Below are positions 46,083-55,087 of a stretch of DNA of 64,000 nucleotides, piece by piece. Numbering within the stretch: the stretch's first letter is position 1; the number at the start of each line of letters is the position of its first letter. The notes under the pieces are model-generated. The model saw nothing but the letters and a program-made list of their open reading frames with translations, made no database searches and was not told where the DNA came from. The DNA comes from an uncultured Acidobacteriota bacterium (lineage in GTDB: Bacteria > Acidobacteriota > Terriglobia > Acidiferrales > UBA7541): the NCBI GenBank assembly GCA_963825365.1, contig CAWGSV010000023.1, positions 16,800-80,799 of the forward strand, written 5' to 3'. Both the position numbers and the translations under genes were made by a program.

Positions 46083-47103
46083 ATGATCGTCAACATGTCA
46101 GCAACGGCAACGAAGGAGCAGGTACAACACGTCATGGACAGAATAAAAGAATGCGGATTTCTTCCTCATCTGATTCAAGGCGCCGAGCGCACCGTCGTCG
46201 GCGTGGTTGGAAAAAATCGCGGACGGCGCGCCGAAGTCGAAGCGCTTCGTGTCGCTCCGGGTGTGGACGACGTTATCTCCATCTCGCAACCCTTCACCCT
46301 CGTCAGCCGCGAGCTGCAGCCCAAGCGGCACGGTGGTGGACGTGGGCGGCGTAAAGATCGGCGGGCCGGACCTCGTGGTGATCGCCGGGCCGTGTTCGGT
46401 CGAGTCGCGCGAACAACTGATGGAAACGGCGCGCGGAGTCAAGGCCGCCGGCGCGCACCTGCTTCGCGGCGGCGCCTACAAGCCGCGCACTTCGCCCTAC
46501 GATTTCCAGGGCCTTGGCCTCGAGGGGCTCAAGATTCTGACGGAAGCGCGCGAAGAGACCGGCCTGCCCATCGTCACCGAAGTGATGGGCGTTGAAGACC
46601 TGGACGCAGTCGTCGAGTACGCGGACATGATGCAGGTGGGCGCGCGCAACATGCAGAATTATCCGCTGCTGCGCCGCCTGGCCACGGTGCCGCGGCCCGT
46701 GCTGCTGAAGCGCGGCCCTTCGGCCACCATCAAGGAATGGCTGCTGGCGGCTGAGTATTTGCTGTCCGGCGGAAATCCCAATGTTGTTTTGTGCGAGCGC
46801 GGAATCAAGACCTTTGACGCCGAATTAAGAAACACGCTGGACCTCGCGGGCGTGGCGCTGGCCAAGGAACTTTGCCACTTGCCGGTCATGGTCGATCCGT
46901 CGCACGCCACGGGACGCCGAAGCCTGGTGCCTGCGGCCGCGCGCGCGGCTGTGGCCATTGGCGCGGACGGCATCATCGTTGAAGTGCATCCGTGCCCGGA
47001 GCGCGCGCTGTCCGACGGCCCGCAATCGCTGGATTTGGCGGGATTCGCCGCCATGATGAAGGGCCTTCAGCCCGCCATGGCGATGGCCGCAGCAGGGCGA
47101 TAA
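46083..47103 (+). pseudogene. aroF: 3-deoxy-7-phosphoheptulonate (DAHP) synthase, class I-beta with N-terminal ferredoxin/ACT-like regulatory domain; one frame break (possible assembly indel)
   Basis: MIVNMSATATKEQVQHVMDRIKECGF... regulatory domain in ORF 46011-46595 joins [30 protein letters not shown]...[20 protein letters not shown]...DPSH in ORF 46207-47103. Extra base at about 46326. SD AAAGGAG lies before ATG 46083. Confidence 0.85.
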
Positions 47104-47122
47104 AGCTGGCGATTGGTTTTAC

Positions 47123-47194
47123 GTAGCACAGGCTTCAGCCTGTGGGGTTTAGTCCTTGCGAGATTTAAACCCCACAGGCTGAAGCCTGTGCTAC
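47123..47194. repeat. REPIN-like palindrome, subfamily A
   Basis: GTAGCACAGGCTTCAGCCTGTGGGG tttagtCCTTGCGAGatttaaa CCCCACAGGCTGAAGCCTGTGCTAC. Confidence 0.95.
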
Positions 47195-47217
47195 TAAAGG
47201 CCAAATCCTGCCCCACA

Positions 47218-48228
47218 TTACCGCGCAGACCACGCAACGCCGTCCGGGTCAGTGCCGATCGGCATGGTGTTCAGAATTTTCCTGGAAGCCACATCCACGA
47301 AGCTCAGCTCATTGGCGTTGGCATTGGTGATGTACGCACGGCGTCCATCACCGGAAAAATAAACGCCACTGGGAGCTTTTGACATTGCCAGGGCAGCCAG
47401 CAATTTACGCGCGCGAGCGTCAATGACAGTAGTCTCGTTGCTTGCCGAATTGGTGACCCACACCTGCGCGCCGTCCGGCGTGAAATCCATTCGCTTTGGC
47501 CCTTTGCCGCCGCTGGGAAACGCCGTCACAATCGCGTCACTGGCCGTCGAGATAATCGAAATTTTTGCGTCGATGCGGCTGGCCGCCCACACTTCTTTTC
47601 CGTCCGGAGAAATGGCAATGCCCTCCGTGCCCGGGCCGGTCGCGATCACTTTCACTTCGCCCGTAGTTTTATCGATCACGCTTACGCTACCCGACACAGT
47701 GTTTGTCACGTAAAACTTTTTCTCATCGGGCGTGGTCACGATCATGTGGCTGCGCTCTTGAGTTGTGTTCCAAACGTGAAGAATTTTTCCGCCGGCGGTT
47801 TCCAGTTCCAGCACCGCTTGCGGCGTTTCCGTGGTGACCCACATCAGTTTTCCGTCGTGGCTCACGATCATCCCGTGCGGACCGGTGTGCGTGCCAAGGT
47901 CGAAGGTGGCCTTCACCTTTCGATCCAGCAAATCTACGACGGTGATGGTGTTGCCCGCCTTGTCGTGCTCCGTGTCTCCCGCGGGGTAAACGCTGTACCG
48001 CCCAAAATTGGAAACGTAAGCAGTGCGTCCGTCGGGCGAAACCGCCACTTCGTGTGGGCCCAGGCCCGTGGGTAGCTTCGCCAGCACGTTGCCATTTGCC
48101 GGATCGAGAAGCACCAATCGGAAATCCGATTTGCAGACCACAACCAGAGTGTCAGCCCAAGCGCGCGGCACGAACGCGCAGAAAACCAGCACTGTTGCCA
48201 GCGCAAATAAACTCAATCTATTTTTCAT
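47218..48228 (-). CDS. YVTN-family beta-propeller repeat protein (secreted)
   Basis: Signal MKNRLSLFALATVLVFCAFVPRAWA. Repeated G..P.G.A.SPDG...YV.N blades. Confidence 0.75.
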   Translation of the reverse strand: MKNRLSLFALATVLVFCAFVPRAWADTLVVVCKSDFRLVLLDPANGNVLAKLPTGLGPHEVAVSPDGRTAYVSNFGRYSVYPAGDTEHDKAGNTITVVDLLDRKVKATFDLGTHTGPHGMIVSHDGKLMWVTTETPQAVLELETAGGKILHVWNTTQERSHMIVTTPDEKKFYVTNTVSGSVSVIDKTTGEVKVIATGPGTEGIAISPDGKEVWAASRIDAKISIISTASDAIVTAFPSGGKGPKRMDFTPDGAQVWVTNSASNETTVIDARARKLLAALAMSKAPSGVYFSGDGRRAYITNANANELSFVDVASRKILNTMPIGTDPDGVAWSAR

Positions 48229-48318
48229 GGTGTTGTCCCTCGACTCGCCCGAAATGACAAAGTAATTTACTTTTTTCGGATCCTGTTGAGCCCGCGCCAC
48301 GAAATTGCAGTACAAAAT

Positions 48319-48801
48319 TTAAAACGCGGATTCGTGATAAATCGTAATCATCCACTTTCCATTCTGCTTGCTTACGACCCAGGTCAGCAGCCCTTTGCGA
48401 TTGGGGGCGTCCTTACCGTCGCGTGTTCTTGCGCTCGTCATTTGCCAGTCGATGTCGACGGATGCAATTTCCGGAGTTAGAAAACGAATACTCCTGACGG
48501 TGTCAGTCCGATGCGCGTCTTTCAGAAAGGTCGTGAAGATTTCGTTGTAGTGCGCTTCCAGTTCCTTCCAGCCATGGCTGGGAACGCCCGTGGTGCTCGA
48601 GAAATCTCCATCTTCCACGTAGGCTGTGGCCGTGGCATGGGCGTCATGACGATTCCAGGCATCTTCCCAGGTGGCCACACATTGCTTGATGGAGGCGGAA
48701 TCCGCGTCCATCTTTGAAGTCATCTGAGCCCAGGCCAGAACGGAAGAAAAACCAAGAAGCAGGGACACCGCCAACGCAATTCTCACGCGAAATGAAATCA
48801 T
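48319..48801 (-). CDS. SgcJ/EcaC-family NTF2-like (DUF4440) protein, secreted
   Basis: Signal MISFRVRIALAVSLLLGFSSVLAWA. ...WEDAWNRHDAHATATAYVEDGDF...GKWMITIYHES. SD GGAGGA. Confidence 0.65.
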   Translation of the reverse strand: MISFRVRIALAVSLLLGFSSVLAWAQMTSKMDADSASIKQCVATWEDAWNRHDAHATATAYVEDGDFSSTTGVPSHGWKELEAHYNEIFTTFLKDAHRTDTVRSIRFLTPEIASVDIDWQMTSARTRDGKDAPNRKGLLTWVVSKQNGKWMITIYHESAF

Positions 48802-48874
48802 GGATTCCTCCCGAAATTCAAAGTGTTTCGCAAAGTGCCGTCGCATCCTGGTACATGCTATGCCGCGTCAGAAA

Positions 48875-49348
48875 TTAGAACGATTGCTCGTGATAGATCA
48901 CGATCATCCACTGGCCGTTGCGCTTGGACAAAATCCATGTGAGCAGTCCCTTTCGCAGAACGCCGCCCGGCGCACTGGGTTCCTTCACCAGCCAATCGAT
49001 ATCCACGGAAGCCAGATCCGGCGCGAGAAAGCGAATGCTTCTGACCGTGTCGGTGGTCTGCGCGTTCTTGAGGAACGTCGTGAAGATGGTTTGGTAGTGC
49101 TCCTCCAGCGCTTTGCGGCCATGGCTGGGCTCGCCATTGACGCTCGCAAAGTCGCCGTCCTCTACGTAGCGCATGGCCACGGCGTGCGCGTCATGACTGT
49201 TCCACGTATCGGCAAATGCGGCCACGGTTTGTTTTATGGCGGCGCTATCCGCGTCCCGGTTGGATGCCGTTTGCGCTCGCGAACCGGCAGCTGAAAAAGT
49301 TAGGAACAACAAAACCGTCATCGCCGTTTTGGTTTGTACTGAAATCAT
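48875..49348 (-). CDS. SgcJ/EcaC-family NTF2-like protein, tandem paralog
   Basis: Alignable by eye with 48319-48801 (FADTWNSHDAHAVAMRYVEDGDF...GQWMIVIYHEQ). Confidence 0.65.
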   Translation of the reverse strand: MISVQTKTAMTVLLFLTFSAAGSRAQTASNRDADSAAIKQTVAAFADTWNSHDAHAVAMRYVEDGDFASVNGEPSHGRKALEEHYQTIFTTFLKNAQTTDTVRSIRFLAPDLASVDIDWLVKEPSAPGGVLRKGLLTWILSKRNGQWMIVIYHEQSF

Positions 49349-49544
49349 CGCGCACCCTCATGAATTGAATTTGGTCACTGGGCCGGCTCAACCAAAATCA
49401 CAGCTGATTGGCGCCATGATACAACAAGCCTGCGAGTTTTCTTCCGGCAAAAACTTTTGCGGACTGGCGCGGCGTATCCCGAGGATATCTTCTGCTAGAA
49501 TAAGAAATTGAGCGATTAGCGTTTCTCGTGGCTGCAAAACATTC

Positions 49545-50549
49545 ATGTTCTCAATCTTCGGCAAGAAGAAAGATGACGGCGAAAAGAAGCCCAAAGAGGC
49601 CGAGTCGCTACTCGACCGCCTGAAGCAATCCATCAGCAAGACGCGCACGCAGATCGCCTCGAAGGTTGAGGACCTGATCTCGGGCGAAAAGAAAATCGAT
49701 CCCGACCTACTCACCAAACTGGAGAACGCTCTGCTCGCCGCAGACCTCGGGCCGCGCACAACGAATCAGATCCTCGAGGCCGTGCGGCAAAAGCTGGAAC
49801 GCCATGCGCTCGACAATGCCGCCGATCTCAAAGCGGAGTTGAAGAACCAACTCCTGTATGCCCTGCGTATCGTGCCGTCGCCGAATGGAAGATCGGCGGG
49901 AGCTGCATCTGGATCTTCCGCGGAGGGGCAGGAGCCGCGTCCCCGCGTTATTTTCGTGGTTGGCGTGAACGGCACGGGAAAAACAACCACCATCGGCAAG
50001 CTTGCGCACCGGCTGCACCAGGATGGAAAAATTGTTGTGCTCGCCGCGGGCGACACCTTTCGCGCCGCCGCCATCGAGCAGTTGGCCGTGTGGGCCGCGC
50101 GCACCGGCTCGGAAATTGTAAAGACAAAATCCGGAGGCGATCCCGCTGCGGTCGTCTATGACGCGCTATCTTCGGCGCGCTCGCGAAACGCCGACGTGGT
50201 CATCGTGGACACCGCCGGGCGCCTGCACAACAAGCAAAATCTGATGGCTGAGCTGGACAAAATGAAACGCACGGCCACTAAAATAATTCCTGGCGCGCCG
50301 CATGAGGTCTTGCTGGTGATGGACGCAACCACCGGCCAGAATGGACTTTCACAGGCGCGCGAATTTACGGCCACCGCCGGCGTCACTGGCATTGTGCTCA
50401 CCAAGCTGGACGGCACAGCCAAGGGCGGCATCGTGGTGGCCATCACACGTGAACTCGGCTTGCCCGTGCAATACGTGGGCACGGGCGAATCGATGGAAGA
50501 CCTTGTGCCGTTCGATGCGGAAACTTTTGTTTCTTCGCTTTTCGATTAA
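49545..50549 (+). CDS. ftsY: signal recognition particle receptor FtsY
   Basis: VIFVVGVNGTGKTTTIGKLA, DTAGRL, TKLDGTAKGG. Confidence 0.92.
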   Translation: MFSIFGKKKDDGEKKPKEAESLLDRLKQSISKTRTQIASKVEDLISGEKKIDPDLLTKLENALLAADLGPRTTNQILEAVRQKLERHALDNAADLKAELKNQLLYALRIVPSPNGRSAGAASGSSAEGQEPRPRVIFVVGVNGTGKTTTIGKLAHRLHQDGKIVVLAAGDTFRAAAIEQLAVWAARTGSEIVKTKSGGDPAAVVYDALSSARSRNADVVIVDTAGRLHNKQNLMAELDKMKRTATKIIPGAPHEVLLVMDATTGQNGLSQAREFTATAGVTGIVLTKLDGTAKGGIVVAITRELGLPVQYVGTGESMEDLVPFDAETFVSSLFD

Positions 50550-50576
50550 GCATTGCGGCATCGTTGTCTCCGAGAG

Positions 50577-50671
50577 TTTCTCTGTGTTCTCTGTGACCTC
50601 TGTGGTAAAGGTTTTGCATTCTCTGCGAAAAGCAAAGCTTTAACACAGAGGTCACAGAGAACACAGAGAAA
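50577..50671. repeat. CACAGAGG-type long hairpin repeat
   Basis: TTTCTCTGTGTTCTCTGTGACCTCTGTGGTAAAG ... CTTTAACACAGAGGTCACAGAGAACACAGAGAAA (34-bp arms, one mismatch). Confidence 0.9.
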
Positions 50672-50738
50672 GCAAAAGCGGAATGCAGGATTTCACTACA
50701 CGATTCTGCAGCGAAACTTTGCGCCCCATCATTAAGAC

Positions 50739-51920
50739 ATGAATGCATCTCCATCCTCGCGTCCCTCCACCGCGCCTGCTGCAGACGCAGCCTTCATGGA
50801 CCGCGCCCTCGAATTAGCTGCCTGCGGAGTTGCCCAGGCCAGCCCTAACCCGATGGTTGGCGCGCTGCTTGTTCGCGATGGGCGCATCGTAGGCGAGGGT
50901 TTTCATACGTATGACGGTAAGCGCCACGCGGAAATCATCGCACTCGAAGCAGCAGGCGAATCCGCGCGGGGCGCGACACTGTACATCAATCTGGAGCCAT
51001 GCTTCCATACGGGCCGTACCGGACCGTGTACGCAGGCTGTGATAGCCGCAGGAGTCGCGCGAGTGGTGGCGGCCATGGCGGATCCGAACCCGGCCGTGGC
51101 TGGGCGCGGATTCAAACAATTGCGCGCGGCGGGAATCGAAGTCAGCGTCGGTTTGCGCGAAGCCGAAGCGCGACGTCTGAATGAAGCGTTTGCATGTTGG
51201 ATCGTTTCGCGCAAACCGCTGGTCACGCTCAAGTCCGCGCTCACACTGGATGGCCAGCTTGTTCTGCATTCCGCGAAAAAAGGCGCGCTTAAGGGAGCGC
51301 GCATCCCGTTAAAAGATCGCTGGATTTCCTCGCCCGAATCCCGCGCCGAAGTGCAGCGCATGCGCCATGCATCGGACGCGCTGCTCACCGGCATTGGCAC
51401 AGTTCTGATCGATGATCCGCTGCTCAACGACCGCACAGGCTTGCCGCGCCGCCGCAAACTGCTGCGCGTGGTGATGGATTCGCGCCTGCGCCTGCCGCTG
51501 CGCTCAAAGATAGTACGATCGGCGGACGGCGATGTGCTGGTCTTCACGCGCGCCAAAGAAGATTCGCCCAAAGCGCGCGCCTTGCGCCGCGCGGGAATCG
51601 AAGTGGTGCGCCTCGCGGGACGCGGCTCAAAGCCCGCCGTTGCCGAAGCTGTTGCCGAGCTTGGCCGACGCAATGTCCTGAGTGTGTTGCTCGAAGCGGG
51701 CGCAATCCTAAATTCGGCCGCGCTGGCCGCCGAAATTGTGGATAAAATGCGTGTGTTCCTGGCGCCCAAAATTGCCGGCCCTGTGGCGGAAAAATCGGGT
51801 GCGAGTACCGCGCACACGCGCCTGCGCGCCGTTCATGACCTGCAAAACGTTGCAATCGAGCGATTTGGACCGGATTTCGCCATCGAGGGGTATCTACGCG
51901 ATGTTTACCGGACTCGTTGA
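50739..51920 (+). CDS. ribD: bifunctional riboflavin biosynthesis protein RibD (deaminase/reductase)
   Basis: HAEIIAL...LYINLEPCFHTGRTGPC deaminase zinc motif, then a reductase domain. Confidence 0.9.
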   Translation: MNASPSSRPSTAPAADAAFMDRALELAACGVAQASPNPMVGALLVRDGRIVGEGFHTYDGKRHAEIIALEAAGESARGATLYINLEPCFHTGRTGPCTQAVIAAGVARVVAAMADPNPAVAGRGFKQLRAAGIEVSVGLREAEARRLNEAFACWIVSRKPLVTLKSALTLDGQLVLHSAKKGALKGARIPLKDRWISSPESRAEVQRMRHASDALLTGIGTVLIDDPLLNDRTGLPRRRKLLRVVMDSRLRLPLRSKIVRSADGDVLVFTRAKEDSPKARALRRAGIEVVRLAGRGSKPAVAEAVAELGRRNVLSVLLEAGAILNSAALAAEIVDKMRVFLAPKIAGPVAEKSGASTAHTRLRAVHDLQNVAIERFGPDFAIEGYLRDVYRTR

Positions 51921-52587
51921 GTACGTGGGCAGCATCGAACTCGTGGAATTGTGCGACGTAGGCGCTCGTCCTGGGGCCGGCGGCGCGCGCCTCGATCAAA
52001 TCGGCGCGAGCATTCGGGTGGATGCTGGGCCGCTCATCGTAGGCTTGGAAAAATCCGGCAGCATCGCCGTCAACGGCTGCTGCCTCACCGCCATCGATAT
52101 CGCAGGCACAACTTTCGCCGCCGATCTTTCCGGCGAAACGCTGCGCCGCACCAGCCTCGGCGAAATGAAGCCCGGCACACGCGTCAACCTGGAGCGACCG
52201 CTGACCGCCTCAAAAGAACTCGGCGGCCACTTTGTGCAAGGCCACGTGGATGGAATCGGCCGCGTCGCACGCCTCGAACCGGAAGGCGCGAACTGGTGGT
52301 TCGGCGTGCAAGTCCCCCACGAACTCGCACGTTACATCGCCATGAAAGGCTCCATCGCGCTGGACGGCATTAGCCTCACGGTAGCCGGCTGGCACGACGG
52401 CATCGTGGAAACCGCCATCATCCCCTACACCTACGAGCACACCAATCTGTCTTCCCTGAAAATCGGCGATCCCGTAAACATCGAATGCGACATCCTAGCC
52501 AAACAGGTCGACCGCATCCTCGAGGCGCGCAAGGAGTCCCCGGTGTCGAGACTCAGCATCGCAAAGTTGATCGAAGAAGGATTTTAG
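51901..52587 (+). CDS. ribE: riboflavin synthase alpha chain
   Basis: MFTGLVEYVGSI..., VNGCCLT, GHFVQGHVDG, GSIALDGISLTV. ATG 51901 overlaps ribD by 20 nt. Confidence 0.85.
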   Translation: MFTGLVEYVGSIELVELCDVGARPGAGGARLDQIGASIRVDAGPLIVGLEKSGSIAVNGCCLTAIDIAGTTFAADLSGETLRRTSLGEMKPGTRVNLERPLTASKELGGHFVQGHVDGIGRVARLEPEGANWWFGVQVPHELARYIAMKGSIALDGISLTVAGWHDGIVETAIIPYTYEHTNLSSLKIGDPVNIECDILAKQVDRILEARKESPVSRLSIAKLIEEGF

Positions 52588-52613
52588 GGCTGATTTCCGA
52601 ATTTCGGGGTTGA

Positions 52614-52685
52614 GTAGCGCGGGCTTCAGCCTGCGGGTTTTGGTCCTTGCAAGGCCTAAACCCCGCAGGCTGAAGCCCGCGCTAC
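52614..52685. repeat. REPIN-like palindrome, subfamily B
   Basis: GTAGCGCGGGCTTCAGCCTGCGGG ttttggtCCTTGCAAGGcctaaac CCCGCAGGCTGAAGCCCGCGCTAC. Confidence 0.95.
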
Positions 52686-52714
52686 TCAACACCAAATTCA
52701 CCAAAAAATGGTTA

Positions 52715-54560
52715 CTAGTGTTTCAGCGCATCGTTCAAGGTGATCTGATTCACTTCCAGGGTGCGGCCCATGGCCTGATTGAATTTCAATTCATCTTCGA
52801 GCAGGTTGATGCTGTCGCGCAATTCGGTGGCTTCGGCGGCAGTCTCGTCGCGGGATCGCAGCACTACGTTGTAGCTGGTGGATGCTCCCAGCCTGTATTT
52901 TTCCTGCTCGTCATGCAAGCGTTTGCACGGCCAGTTTTTTGGCTTCCTCGGCGGCGGCCAGCGAGGCGCGGTCTTCTCGCAGGGCGATCAGTGCGTTGCG
53001 CACGCTGACGAAAATGACGTTTTGCTCCTGACGGTACTGCGTTTTTTGCTGCCGCTCGTTCAGCAGCGCCTGCGCGTTGTCCGCTTGCGCCGCGCGATTG
53101 CGAATTGGCAGCGTTAAATTAATTCCTCCCTCGAATGTCGAATAGTTGCCGCCGAACACGCGGCCCAAGTCCTGTCCCGCTCCGCCCGGGAAAACACACA
53201 GTCCCCGATGAAGTTGTAACCGTCTGGATTCCGCCCAGGCCTGAGGCTACGTATTCGCCAAAAACATTGACGGACGGCAGTAGCTCATTCTTTGTGGCTT
53301 TCACGTCCGTGCCAGCATTTTCCAGATTCAGCGATGCCTGCTTCAGCTCAGGCCGTTTCTGCCAGGCTTCTTTCACGGCGTCTTCGATCTGCACGTTTTC
53401 GCCGGTGGACGGCGTTGAAATCGGCGTGGTGGGAATAATTTCCGCGCCCAGAAGTTTTGCGTCCAGCGGATCCGCGGTGATGTCATTGAGCAGCGTGGTT
53501 TCGTCCTGCAACTGAACGGACTGCGCCTGCACCAGAGCTTGCTTGTCGGAAGCCACTTGCGATTGCGCCGTCAGCACGTCCAGCGATGACAGCGTGCCGA
53601 TTTCAAGACGCATGGAATTTTCCTCATAGAGCTGCTGCGAAACGCCCAGCGCCGCCTCCTCCACTTTCACGTTTTCCCGCGCGTACACCAGCTCCCAGTA
53701 GTCGTTGGATACTTGCGCCGTGGTGGCCATCACCTGCTGCTCCAGTTGCGACAATCCAACTTTAATACTGCGCTTGGCCTCGATAATCAGGCGCGTGTTC
53801 GGCAGAATCCCAAAGCCGCGAAGCAGCGGCTGCGTGATTGTTACGGTCAGCGCCGACTGCACAAACGGATTGTACAAATCGAAGGCGCCGAAGTTGGAAG
53901 AGGTGCGGTTGTTGGTCATGCCCACTTGAAACTGGGTCCCTGTGGGGAAATACTGATTATATTGCATGTTTACGTTGCCGACGTGCTGCACATATGCGGG
54001 CGGGGCCAGGCTTACGGGAGTGGTAGTGCCTGACGGAATGACTCCCGCAAACAAAGGGTTGTTGAGAGGCGTGGCCGAGTTCTGAATATTGAGGCTGCCG
54101 GTAAAAGTGGGATCAAATGGGACCAGCCCATTGATCCCCGATTTGGCGCGCAGCAAGTCTCACTTCATCCAGCCACGGAGCGTAACGCTCCACGCTGATG
54201 GCCAGATTATTTTCGAGGGCCAGCGAGATGGCGTCCTGCAGGCTCAGCATCAGCTTGCCGGCCTGGATCAACTGCTCGATGCGAGGGGAATTGATGAGCG
54301 ACCTGCTCGGCCGGCTTCATTGGTTTGTAGGGAAGTGTGATATCCGGAAACCATTTCCGTTCGACGGAATAGTCCAGCTTCAAGTCCACCGTTCGAGGCT
54401 CGACGGGGCCGGAAGGCGCGGCCTGCACTGCACTCCGGGCAATGGGCTGAGATGGCATCGCCTGTCCGCCCGCATTCTGGTCCTGCGCAAAAAAAGGCGC
54501 AGGAAGCAGCGAAATCGCCGCCAAAATTGCGATTCCCGCGCGCATAAGATTCCTATCCAT
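52715..54560 (-). pseudogene. TolC-family outer membrane efflux protein, reading frame broken four times
   Basis: Fragments 54207-54560 (signal MDRNLMRAGIAILAAISLL), a short unlisted frame (SLINSPRIEQLIQAGKLMLSLQDAISLALENNLAI), then 53119-54156, 52911-53168 and 52715-52918 form one TolC-like protein. Shifts near 54302, 54157, 53165-53205 and 52919. SD GAGGAGGG lies before ATG 54560. Confidence 0.8.
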
Positions 54561-54801
54561 ATTATTTTCCCTCCTCGAAATGAAACCCAATGCAAATAGA
54601 AAAAGTACCCCAGATGCTCGAATCTCGGAAACAGGCTCCGCGGAATTCCGCCGCACTCCTAGATAATTACGCAAGAGCGCCTGCAATATTTCTTCATTAC
54701 CCTTATTTCGTAATTCCCGTATTTTGCGATTCCGTCATTCCGTAATTCCGCCATTTCGTGAAACCGAGAATTCGTCATTCTCCCATTCCGCCACCCACCC
54801 A

Positions 54802-54891
54802 TTTTGTCATTCCGAGCGAAGCGAGGAATCTCTCTTTCTTTTCATGATTCCAAAACGAAGAGAGATTCCTCGATTCACTCAGAATGACAAA
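54802..54891. repeat. GTCATTCCGAGCGAAGCGAGGAATCTCTC hairpin element
   Basis: TTTTGTCATTCCGAGCGAAGCGAGGAATCTCTCTTTC ... GAAGAGAGATTCCTCGATTCACTCAGAATGACAAA. Confidence 0.85.
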
Positions 54892-55087
54892 CCAAATCGG
54901 GTTGCAAAACGAAAGGCCCATCCCGCTTCGATTGCCGGTAAGAAAAAATAATTGGGTTCAAATGCAAGTCCGGCGGGTGTATAAGTGTGCCCACGAGACA
55001 GTCACAAAACATTTCACAAATGAAGCATTCAGTACGCGCGACTTGAACGCGGAAATTTACGTGTCAAATTGACGAGGAGGCTAGGCA

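Noticed and set aside
50550-50738. FMN (RFN) riboswitch upstream of ribD
   Set aside because: The region is explained by a long CACAGAGG-type inverted repeat also found at 45636-45756. I could not recognise the conserved RFN core by eye. A covariance-model scan is still advisable.
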